Source of the DNA: an uncultured Acidobacteriota bacterium
Lineage (GTDB): Bacteria > Acidobacteriota > Vicinamibacteria > Fen-336
Assembly: GCA_963720545.1 (NCBI GenBank)
Contig: OY970399.1
Span: forward strand, 3,040,001 to 3,104,000
Reading direction: 5' to 3'
Length of the DNA stretch: 64,000 nucleotides
The notes beneath the pieces are model-generated. The model saw nothing but the letters and a program-made list of their open reading frames with translations. It was not told the origin of the DNA and made no database searches. How positions within the stretch are numbered: the stretch's first letter is position 1; every line of letters starts with the position of its first letter. Position numbers and translations under genes: made by a program. Below, in pieces: positions 45,509 through 53,784 of this stretch.

Positions 45509-45580
45509 GGCATGCCTCTCTAGGCTGGGCGCGACTCTAACAGAAACGAATGACTGTGCAAGCTTAGACTTACAGCCACA

Positions 45581-46222
45581 ATGCTCACTCGTACCATCCC
45601 CGTAGGGCTGTTGAAATGCAACTGCACGATTGTCGCCGACCCTGCGAAAAAAGAGGCCATCGTCATCGATCCCGGCGACGAGCCGGAGCGGATCCTGGAG
45701 CTGCTGCAGGCCGAAGGACTGGCGCTTCGGGCGATCGTCAACACCCATACCCACATCGACCATGTCGGCGGCAACGCGCGGGTGCGCGCCGACACCGGCG
45801 CACGGCTGCTGCTGCATGCGGCCGACGTGCCGCTTTACGACATGCTCGAGGAACAGGCGGCCTGGCTCGGCGGAATGCTGGGCGTGCCGGTGCGCGCGGA
45901 GGTGGACGCGTGCGTCGACCACGGTGACAGCATCGAGTTCGGCGGGATGCACGCCGAGATCATCCACACTCCGGGACACACGCCCGGCAGCATCTGCGTC
46001 CTGGTGCCCGGCGACGAGCCGCTGCTCCTCTCCGGCGACACCTTGTTCGCCGGCAGCATCGGGCGCACCGACCTGTGGGGCGGTGATCACGAGCAGGAGC
46101 TCGATTCGATCCATTCGCGGCTGCTGACGCTGGCCGATGCCACGCTGGTGGTGCCGGGCCACGGACCCGCGACCACCATTGGCCGCGAGAAGCGCCAGAA
46201 CCCGTTCCTGAGGGGCCTGTGA
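45581..46222 (+). CDS. MBL-fold metallo-hydrolase (glyoxalase II-like)
   Basis: THTHIDHVG, HTPGHTPG, SGDTLF, PGHG. Confidence 0.92.
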   Translation: MLTRTIPVGLLKCNCTIVADPAKKEAIVIDPGDEPERILELLQAEGLALRAIVNTHTHIDHVGGNARVRADTGARLLLHAADVPLYDMLEEQAAWLGGMLGVPVRAEVDACVDHGDSIEFGGMHAEIIHTPGHTPGSICVLVPGDEPLLLSGDTLFAGSIGRTDLWGGDHEQELDSIHSRLLTLADATLVVPGHGPATTIGREKRQNPFLRGL

Positions 46223-46605
46223 GCGGCGAAACGGTCCCGGCCATCAAGGTCCTGCTGTTGCCGAAGGACACGAACGCATACGGCACCATCTTCGGCGGCG
46301 TGATCCTCTCGAACATCGACCTCGCCTCGGCGGTGGCCGCGCGCAAGGTGGCGCCGCGGCGTTACGTCACCAAGGCGATGCGCGAGGTGGTGTTCCTGCA
46401 GCCGGTGTTTCTCGGCGACGTCGTCAACTTCTTCACCGAGATCGTGCGCGTCGGCCGGACCTCGGTGACGGTGCGCGTGAGTGTCGAGGTGGAGCGCTGG
46501 GGCGCCGGCCGCGGCGAGCGGGTGAAGGTGACCGAAGCCGAGGTGGTGCTGGTGGCGGTGGACCAGCACGGCAACGCGACGCCGGTGCTCGAAGGCGCGC
46601 AATGA
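46219..46605 (+). CDS. Hotdog-fold acyl-CoA thioesterase (YciA-like)
   Basis: PKDTNAYGTIFGG...ID, F.QPV..GD, VGRTSV. Confidence 0.88.
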   Translation: MSGETVPAIKVLLLPKDTNAYGTIFGGVILSNIDLASAVAARKVAPRRYVTKAMREVVFLQPVFLGDVVNFFTEIVRVGRTSVTVRVSVEVERWGAGRGERVKVTEAEVVLVAVDQHGNATPVLEGAQ

Positions 46606-47726
46606 ACGGCGTGCCGCGCCGCATCCGTGTCGGCGTCCTGATGGGCGGCGCTTCCAGCGAGCGCGACATTTCGCTCCTCTCCGGCAAGATGATCGCCGAC
46701 AACCTGCCCAAGGACCGCTACGACGTCGTCATGCTCGACACGCTCGCGCTGATGGCGCACAACGCCCGCATCGCGCCCGCGCTGCAGCTGCGCGCCCAGG
46801 CGCTCGTCACCGGCCGCAGGTCGCTGGCCGGCGCGGCGCCCGGCGACCAGGCGCTCACCGCCGAGTTCCGCGACCAGGCGCAAAAGGCCGGCGAGGCGGT
46901 GGCGCCCGCCACCGACGCGCTCTCCATCGACAACCGCGAATCGCCGATCGACGTCGCGTTCCTTGCGCTCCACGGACCCTACGGCGAGGACGGCACGCTG
47001 CAGGGCATGCTCGACCTCATCGGCATGCCGTACGTCGGCTCGGGCTGCCTCGCCTCGGCGCTGGCGATGGACAAGGCGATGGCGAAAAAGGTGTTCGCCG
47101 CCGACGGCATCGCGACGCCGCGCGGTGTCGTCGTCGCCAGGGCGGCGTTTCTCGACGACCCCGTCGGCGCGGTCAGCGAAGCTGCGAAACTGGTGCCCGC
47201 GGTCGTCAAGCCGTCGCGCCAGGGCTCGAGCATCGGCATGACCATGGTCAACCACATGGCGGGCCTCGAGCCGGCGCTGACAACGGCGTTTGGCTTCGAC
47301 GACGTGGTGCTCGTGGAAGAGCGGCTGCGCGGCACCGAGATCACGGTCGGCGTGCTCGGCAACCGCGAGCTGCAGGCGCTGCCGGTGGTCGAGATCCTGC
47401 CGAAGCGCGACTTCTTCGACTACAAGGCCAAGTACGACCCGGCGCTCACCGACGAGATCTGCCCGGCGCACCTGCCGCCCGAGGTCGCTGCCGAGGCGCA
47501 GTCGCTGGCGCTGCGCGCGCATCGCTCGCTCGGCTGCCGCGGCTTGTCGCGCACCGACATGATCGTCACCCGCGACCGCGGCATCGTGGTGCTCGAGGTC
47601 AACACCATGCCGGGCATGACCCGGAACAGCCTGCTGCCCAAGGCGGCGGCCGCGGCTGGCATCGCCTTTCCCGAGCTGCTCGACCGCCTCGTGCATCTCG
47701 CCCTCGATCCCGACCAACAGGTCTAA
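46602..47726 (+). CDS. ddl: D-alanine--D-alanine ligase
   Basis: GGASSERDISLLSG, LHGPYGEDGTLQG, MDK, KP..QGSSIG, FFDYKAKY, LEVNTMPGMT..SL.P. Confidence 0.92.
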   Translation: MNGVPRRIRVGVLMGGASSERDISLLSGKMIADNLPKDRYDVVMLDTLALMAHNARIAPALQLRAQALVTGRRSLAGAAPGDQALTAEFRDQAQKAGEAVAPATDALSIDNRESPIDVAFLALHGPYGEDGTLQGMLDLIGMPYVGSGCLASALAMDKAMAKKVFAADGIATPRGVVVARAAFLDDPVGAVSEAAKLVPAVVKPSRQGSSIGMTMVNHMAGLEPALTTAFGFDDVVLVEERLRGTEITVGVLGNRELQALPVVEILPKRDFFDYKAKYDPALTDEICPAHLPPEVAAEAQSLALRAHRSLGCRGLSRTDMIVTRDRGIVVLEVNTMPGMTRNSLLPKAAAAAGIAFPELLDRLVHLALDPDQQV

Positions 47727-47737
47727 ATTAGGTGGCG

Positions 47738-49792
47738 ATGCAAACACTCAAGGTGGTTTGTCCGCACGACTGCCCGGACACCTGCGTCATGAACGTCGCG
47801 GTCGAGAACGGCCGCGCCGTCTCGATCGGCGGCGATCCGTCGCACCCGTTCACGCGCGGCTTCCTCTGCGCCAAGGTGAACCAGTACCTCGACCGCGTGT
47901 ACAGCCCCGAGCGGCTGCTGCACCCGCTGCGGCGGGTCGGCAAGAAGGGCGAGGGCCGCTTCGAGCGCATCTCCTGGGACCAGGCGCTCGACACCATCGC
48001 GAACCGCTTCCGCTCCGTGATCGACGAACACGGCGCCGAGGCGATTCTTCCTTATTCATACGCGGGCAACATGGGGCTGCTCGGTTACGGCAGCATCGAC
48101 CGGCGCTTCTTCGCCCTGCTCGGCGCGAGCCTGCTGGAGCGCACCATCTGCTCGAGCGCCGGCGGCGCCGGCTTGAAGCTGGCGCTCGGCCGCTCGCTCG
48201 GCTTCGATCCCGAAGCCATCGTGCACTCGCGCTTCATCGTCGCCTGGGGCGCCAACATCGTGAGCTCCAACGTGCACCTCTGGCCGTTCATCGAGGAGGC
48301 GCGCCGGCGCGGCGCGCGCCTCGTCACGGTGGACCCGTATCGCTCGCGCACCGCGGCGAAATCGGACGAGCACCTGGCGCTCCTGCCGGGCACCGACGGC
48401 GCGCTCGCGCTGGGCGTGGCGCACGTCATCTTCCGCGACGGCCACGCCGATCGCGACTATATCGACAAGTACACGCAGGGCGCCGACAAGTTCGCGGCGC
48501 GCGCCGCGGAGTGGACGCCGCAGCGCACCGCGGAGGTCACCGGGCTGAGCGTGGCGCAGGTCGAGAAGTTCGCGACCGACTACGCCACCATCGCACCCTC
48601 GGCGCTGCGCCTCAACTACGGGCTCAACCGCCATGCCGGCGGCGGCACCGCGGTGCGCACCATCGTCTGCCTGCCGGCGCTGATCGGCGCGTGGCGCCAT
48701 CCGGGCGGCGGCGCGCTGTTGTCGTGCTCGGGCACGTTCCCGCTCAACGTGCCGGCGCTCGAGCGGCCGGACCTGGTGAAGCCGGGCACGCGCACGCTCA
48801 ACATGAGCCAGCTCGGCCGCATCCTCCTCGACACGAAACTGGCACCGCCGGTGCACGCGCTGTTCGTCTACAACAGCAACCCCGGCGCCGTGGCGCCCGA
48901 GCAGGAGCGCGTCCTCGAAGGATTGCGGCGCGAAGACCTGTTCACGGTGGTGCACGAGCAGTTCCAGACCGACACCGCCGACTACGCCGACATCGTGCTG
49001 CCGGCGACCACGACGCTCGAGAACTACGACATCTATCGTGCCTACGGCCACCTCTACCTGAGCCTCAGCAAGCCGGCGATTGCGCCGGTGGGCGAGTCGA
49101 AGCCGAACACCGAAGTGTTTCGCCTGCTCGCGGCGCGCATGGGGATCGATCATCCGGCCGTGCGCGAGAGCGACGAGGAGCTGGCGCGCCAGGCGCTCGA
49201 CTGGTCGCATCCGAACCTGCGCGGCACCGACTTCGCGCGGCTGGAACGCGAGGGCAGCGTGCGCCTCAGCGTGCCGCAGGACTACGCGCCCTTCGCGAAC
49301 GGCGGCTTCCCGACGCCGTCGGGCAAGTGCGAGATGTACGCGCCGGCGCTCGAGGGCACCGGCGTCGATCCGCTCACCGGCTACGTGCCGCCGCGCGAGA
49401 ACGTCCTCGCCAACCCCGAGCTGGCGCGCCGTTATCCGCTGGCGTTCATCTCGCCGCCCGCGCACCACTTCCTCAACTCGACGTTCTCGGCGCAGCCCGT
49501 GTTCGTGCGCCGCGAGGGCGAGCCGTCGCTCACCATCCATCCCGACGATGCCAGCGCACGCGGCATCGCGGACGGCGATCGCGTGCGCACCTGGAACGAC
49601 CGCGGCTCGTTCGAGACGCGGGCGCACGTCTCCGACGCGGCGCGTCCCGGCGTCGTCGTCGGCCTGTCGATCTGGTGGGCGAAGATGTGCCCCGGCGGGC
49701 GCAACGCGAATGCGGTGACCGGCCAGGAGCTGAGCGACGTCGGCGGCGGCGCCACTTTCTACGATGCGCTCGTCGACGTGGCGCGCATTTGA
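47738..49792 (+). CDS. Molybdopterin oxidoreductase family protein with N-terminal 4Fe-4S motif
   Basis: CPHDCPDTC...GFLCAK, RLLHPL, FERISWD, TDTADYADIVLPA, C-terminal dinucleotide-binding domain; no signal peptide. Confidence 0.88.
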   Translation: MQTLKVVCPHDCPDTCVMNVAVENGRAVSIGGDPSHPFTRGFLCAKVNQYLDRVYSPERLLHPLRRVGKKGEGRFERISWDQALDTIANRFRSVIDEHGAEAILPYSYAGNMGLLGYGSIDRRFFALLGASLLERTICSSAGGAGLKLALGRSLGFDPEAIVHSRFIVAWGANIVSSNVHLWPFIEEARRRGARLVTVDPYRSRTAAKSDEHLALLPGTDGALALGVAHVIFRDGHADRDYIDKYTQGADKFAARAAEWTPQRTAEVTGLSVAQVEKFATDYATIAPSALRLNYGLNRHAGGGTAVRTIVCLPALIGAWRHPGGGALLSCSGTFPLNVPALERPDLVKPGTRTLNMSQLGRILLDTKLAPPVHALFVYNSNPGAVAPEQERVLEGLRREDLFTVVHEQFQTDTADYADIVLPATTTLENYDIYRAYGHLYLSLSKPAIAPVGESKPNTEVFRLLAARMGIDHPAVRESDEELARQALDWSHPNLRGTDFARLEREGSVRLSVPQDYAPFANGGFPTPSGKCEMYAPALEGTGVDPLTGYVPPRENVLANPELARRYPLAFISPPAHHFLNSTFSAQPVFVRREGEPSLTIHPDDASARGIADGDRVRTWNDRGSFETRAHVSDAARPGVVVGLSIWWAKMCPGGRNANAVTGQELSDVGGGATFYDALVDVARI

Positions 49793-50928
49793 AGGCGGTC
49801 GCGGCGTCGCGCCCACGCCTCCTTTTCGCCGCCTCCGAACAGGACGCGGACATTCTCTATGCCACCGGCTTCTTCGCGCCTGACCCGTTCCTTTTCGTAC
49901 AGCGCGGCTCAACGCGCGTGCTGGTGATGAGCGACCTCGAGATGGACCGCGCGAAGCAGCAGGCGAGTGTTGACCGCGTCTTGTCGTGGTCGCGGATCGC
50001 GCGCGCCGCGAGCGCAACGCTCGGGCGCGAGGCGGGCGAGGCCGACGTGATCGCGGCGGCACTGCGGCAGCTGCGGGTGCGCAGCGCCGAGGTGCCGCGC
50101 TCCTTTCCGCTGGGGCTCGCCGCAGACCTGCGCGCGCGCGGCATTCGCCTGCACCTCGGCCCTGAGCCTTTCTGGCCGCAGCGTGAGGTGAAGCGGCGCG
50201 ACGAGGTGCGGGCGATCGTGACAGCACTGCGCGCCGCGGAAGCCGGACTGGCGGCCGGCATCGAGGCGCTGCGCGGCTGCAGCATCGGCAAGGACGGCTG
50301 GCTGCGCCGCGACCGCCGCCGGTTCACAGCCGAAGACCTGCGCCGCGCCGTCAACACCCGCATCATGGCGGAGGCCTGCGTGCCCGCGCACACCATCTGC
50401 GCGCCCGGCGACCAGGCGGTCGATCCGCACGAGGAAGGCCGCGGTCCGATCCGCGCGCACACGCCGGTGGTGATGGATATTTTTCCGCGTTCCGAGCGCA
50501 CCGGCTACTTCGGCGACCTGACCCGCACCGTGGTGCGCGGCCGCGCCAGCGAGCGGCTGAAGGCGATGTACGCGCTCGTCGAGGAGGGCGTGCTGCTGGG
50601 CCACCGCCGCGTCCGCCCCGGGGCCGACGGCCGCCGCATCCATCAGGAAATCCTCGACCTGTTCACCGCGCGCGGTTACCAGACGGGGATGAAGGGCGGC
50701 CGCATGCAGGGCTTCTTCCACGGCACCGGCCACGGCCTGGGCCTGCAGATCCACGAGGCGCCGTCGATCGGCAAGCGCGCCTCGGTGCTGCGCGCCGGCC
50801 ATGTCGTCACCGTCGAGCCGGGTCTCTACTACCTCGGCATCGGCGGCGTCCGCATCGAGGACGTCGCGCTGGTGACCGCGGGCGGCTCGCGCAACCTCAC
50901 CTCGGTGCCGCGCCAGCTCGAGATCTGA
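49789..50928 (+). CDS. M24 family Xaa-Pro peptidase
   Basis: MDIFP, DLTRT, HGTGHGLGLQIHE, TVEPGLY, GVRIED; TTG overlaps the upstream TGA. Confidence 0.88.
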   Translation: MKAVAASRPRLLFAASEQDADILYATGFFAPDPFLFVQRGSTRVLVMSDLEMDRAKQQASVDRVLSWSRIARAASATLGREAGEADVIAAALRQLRVRSAEVPRSFPLGLAADLRARGIRLHLGPEPFWPQREVKRRDEVRAIVTALRAAEAGLAAGIEALRGCSIGKDGWLRRDRRRFTAEDLRRAVNTRIMAEACVPAHTICAPGDQAVDPHEEGRGPIRAHTPVVMDIFPRSERTGYFGDLTRTVVRGRASERLKAMYALVEEGVLLGHRRVRPGADGRRIHQEILDLFTARGYQTGMKGGRMQGFFHGTGHGLGLQIHEAPSIGKRASVLRAGHVVTVEPGLYYLGIGGVRIEDVALVTAGGSRNLTSVPRQLEI

Positions 50929-51023
50929 CAGGGTCCCACAAATCTGGCGGGCCGCGCCTGGCACGGGCCCGCTGTCCTGCTGCGTCGGTTGCCGCGACAC
51001 CGCAAATCTTCGGCGAAACCGCC

Positions 51024-51039
51024 TGGCACGCGGCGTGCG
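51024..51039 (+). promoter_or_regulatory. Putative sigma54 -24/-12 promoter
   Basis: TGGCACGCGGCGTGCG = GG-N10-GC with a perfect TGGCAC, upstream of the GntR gene. Confidence 0.5.
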
Positions 51040-51054
51040 AAACCAACCGTCGCA

Positions 51055-52002
51055 ATGGAGTTCGCTCTCAATCGCAGCGGCGGCGTGCCGGTGCGCGTGC
51101 AGTTGGCACGGCAGGTGGAGATGCAGATCCTCGGCGGCCGGCTCCGCTCCGGTGCGCGCCTGCCGAGCGTGCGCGCCCTCGCGCGGCGCCTCGGCATTCA
51201 CCCGAACACCGTGTCGCAGGCATACCAGGAGCTGCAAGCGACCGGCCACGTCCTGCTGCAGCCCGGCGCCGGCGTCTACGTGCGCGGCGCCGGCCCCACC
51301 GACCCGGCGCAGGCGCGCGGCGTGGACGAGATGATCCGGCTCAGCCTCGATGCTGCCGGGCGCAAGGGCTTTTCCGGTGCGCAGGTGCGGACGGCGGTGG
51401 CGCGCTGGCTCGCCGCCGCCCCGGCGCAACGCATCGAGGTAGTGGACCCGTGCCGCGAACTGGCCGAGCTGCTGGTGCACGAGCTGCGGCCGCTGGTGCC
51501 GGTCGCCGTCAACGCCTCCTCGTTGGCGGCGCTCGCAGCGGAACCCGCTGCAGCGAGCGATGCGCTCATCGTCTGCGTGCCCTATCACGTCGAACGCGTG
51601 CGCACGCTGGTGCCCGGCGCCCTGGTGGCGCCGGTGACGCTCGAAATTGCCAGCAGTGAACACGCGGCGATCGCGCGCCTGCCCTCCGGGTCGCTGGTGC
51701 TGGTCGTCTCGCACGCGGCCATCGTCCTGCCGTTCGCCGAAGTCCTGCTGAAGAGCCTGCGCGGCGACGAACTGCTTGTCGAGGTGCATGCGCTGGCCGC
51801 ACGCGCCGCCTGGACGCGCCTCGCGACGGCCGCGGACGTCGTGTTTGCCGACGGCCTGGCTGCCACCTCGGTGCGCGCCTTTGGCCCGCGCCGCCTGCAC
51901 GAGTTCCGCATGGTGGGGGCGACGGCCGTCGCGCGCATCTGCAGGCGCCTGGCGGCCCCGGTTCCGGCGTATGCTCAGGCGCCCCAATTCCCGCGTACAT
52001 GA
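51055..52002 (+). CDS. GntR family regulator with long atypical C-terminal domain
   Basis: VPVRVQL...GARLPSVRALARRLGIHPNTVSQAYQEL...GAGVYV wHTH. Confidence 0.85.
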   Translation: MEFALNRSGGVPVRVQLARQVEMQILGGRLRSGARLPSVRALARRLGIHPNTVSQAYQELQATGHVLLQPGAGVYVRGAGPTDPAQARGVDEMIRLSLDAAGRKGFSGAQVRTAVARWLAAAPAQRIEVVDPCRELAELLVHELRPLVPVAVNASSLAALAAEPAAASDALIVCVPYHVERVRTLVPGALVAPVTLEIASSEHAAIARLPSGSLVLVVSHAAIVLPFAEVLLKSLRGDELLVEVHALAARAAWTRLATAADVVFADGLAATSVRAFGPRRLHEFRMVGATAVARICRRLAAPVPAYAQAPQFPRT

Positions 52003-52014
52003 AGGAGATGACCC

Positions 52015-52461
52015 ATGCGAAACATCCTGGTCTGCGCCACGCTCTTGTTCCTCGCCACCGGCTTTGCGTCTGCCGCCGACTCGAAGGGCACGCCCGCCGA
52101 AGCGCAGGCGATGCTGGCGAGGGCCGTGAAACTGGTCGAGACCGACGGCGAGCAGAAGGCGCTCGCCGCGTTCAACGATCCCAAGGGCGCCTTCCGCGAC
52201 CGCGACCTCTACGTGTTCTGCTCCGGTCCCGACCGCAAGATCACCGCGCACTACAGCGCCGAGATGATTGGCGTCGACATGACGACCCTCAAGGATACGG
52301 ACGGCAAGCCGCTCGGACCGCGGATCGCTGAGGTGGCGCAGAACGGCGGCGGCAGCCTCGAATACACCTACAAGAATCCAGTGACCGGCAAGACGCAAAC
52401 CAAGCAGAGCTTCGTGCAGAAGGCCGGCACCCAGGTCTGCGGAGTCGGCGCCTACAAGTAA
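52015..52461 (+). CDS. Stand-alone exported Cache-domain protein
   Basis: Signal peptide; F.DRDLYVF, LKDTDGK, GSLEYTYKNPVTGK...K.SFV...GVGAY; AAGGAG SD. Confidence 0.85.
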   Translation: MRNILVCATLLFLATGFASAADSKGTPAEAQAMLARAVKLVETDGEQKALAAFNDPKGAFRDRDLYVFCSGPDRKITAHYSAEMIGVDMTTLKDTDGKPLGPRIAEVAQNGGGSLEYTYKNPVTGKTQTKQSFVQKAGTQVCGVGAYK

Positions 52462-52482
52462 GCCGCTACAATCGCCGCGCCC

Positions 52483-53784
52483 ATGCTGCTTCCCGGCCAG
52501 CCGCGACGCCCGGCCTTGCTGGCGCTCGCGCTGCTGATGGGCGTGAACTTCCTCAACTACATCGACCGCTACATCATTGCGGCGGTGGCGCCGCTCATCC
52601 AGGCCGACTTCCGGCTGACCGACAACCAGCTGGGCGTGGCGATGTCGATGTTCATGGTCGCCTACGTCGTGGTTTCGCCGTTCTCCGGCGTGCTCGGCGA
52701 CGCCTGGCCGCGCCGGTATCTCGTGGGTGTCGGCGTGTTGCTGTGGAGCCTGGCCACGGCAGCCTCCGGGATGGCAACTGGTTACGCGTCGCTGCTGGTG
52801 GCGCGCTCCTTCATCGGCGTGGGGGAGGCCGGCTTCGGCGTGGTGGCGCCGACCTACATCAGCGACCTGTTCACGCGCGCCACCCGCGGCCGCATGCTGG
52901 CGTTCTTCTACGTCGCGATCCCGGTGGGCAGCGCGCTCGGCTACCTGCTCGGCGGCACACTCGGCACGCACTTCGGCTGGCGCTCCGCGTTCCTGTTCGC
53001 GGGCGCGCCCGGCCTGCTGCTCGGCCTGCTGGCGTTCTGGATGTACGAACCGGCGCGCGGCGCCGGCGACGGTGTCAGCCACGCGGTCCGCGGGTTCGAT
53101 GCCCGCACCGCGCTGGGCCTGGCGCGCAACCGCACGTTCCTGTTCACCTGCCTCGGGTTCACCGCAATGACGTTCGGCCTCGGCGCGCTGGCCTCGTGGA
53201 TGCCCACGCTCTTCTACCGGCTGCGCGGCGTGCCGCTCGCGCGCGCCACGTTCCTGTTCGGCGCTATCACCGCGGCCGCCGGCCTCATCGGCACGTTCCT
53301 CGGCGGCTTCCTGGGAGACGCGCTCGCGAAGCGCACCGACAAGGCGTACCTGCTGGTGTCCGGGGTCGGCATGATCGCGGCGGCACCGTTCGCGTGGCTC
53401 GGGCTGACGCAGCACGACGTCAGCACCGCGCTCGCCTGCATATTCGTCGCCGAGGTCCTGGTCTTCCTCAACACCGGTCCGGCAAACGCAGTGCTCGTGA
53501 ACGTGGCGCTGCCCGAGGTGCGCGCTACTGCGATCGCGGCTTCGATCTTCGTTTATCACGTCCTCGGCGACGTGCCTTCGCCGATCCTCGTCGGACGGCT
53601 CTCGGATGCCTCGGGCAACCTCGAGAAGGCGCTGCTCATCACGGTCGCGGCGATGGTGGTATCGGGCATCTTGTATCTCATCGGCTCGCTGACGCTCGGC
53701 GCGGACACGCGGCGCGTTATTGCCACGGTGGCGGCGCGCGAAGGTGGGTTCCAGGACGATGGCGGTGCGCTTGCGCCTCGTTAA
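52483..53784 (+). CDS. MFS transporter, Spinster-like
   Basis: NFLNYIDRY, ARSFIGVGEA, APTYISDLF...RGRML..FY.AIPVGSALGY, HVLGDVPSP. Confidence 0.85.
   Translation: MLLPGQPRRPALLALALLMGVNFLNYIDRYIIAAVAPLIQADFRLTDNQLGVAMSMFMVAYVVVSPFSGVLGDAWPRRYLVGVGVLLWSLATAASGMATGYASLLVARSFIGVGEAGFGVVAPTYISDLFTRATRGRMLAFFYVAIPVGSALGYLLGGTLGTHFGWRSAFLFAGAPGLLLGLLAFWMYEPARGAGDGVSHAVRGFDARTALGLARNRTFLFTCLGFTAMTFGLGALASWMPTLFYRLRGVPLARATFLFGAITAAAGLIGTFLGGFLGDALAKRTDKAYLLVSGVGMIAAAPFAWLGLTQHDVSTALACIFVAEVLVFLNTGPANAVLVNVALPEVRATAIAASIFVYHVLGDVPSPILVGRLSDASGNLEKALLITVAAMVVSGILYLIGSLTLGADTRRVIATVAAREGGFQDDGGALAPR

Noticed and set aside
44376..45523. Track ORFs 44376-44777(-), 44644-45204(-) and 44714-45523(+) with 12-aa repeats
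   Set aside because: Alternative-frame translations of the 36-nt array and the RRM gene; no recognisable domains.
45509..46162. N-terminal extension of the RRM ORF to 46162
   Set aside because: It is antisense to the well-supported MBL hydrolase; RRM homology begins at SNKVFVGNL.
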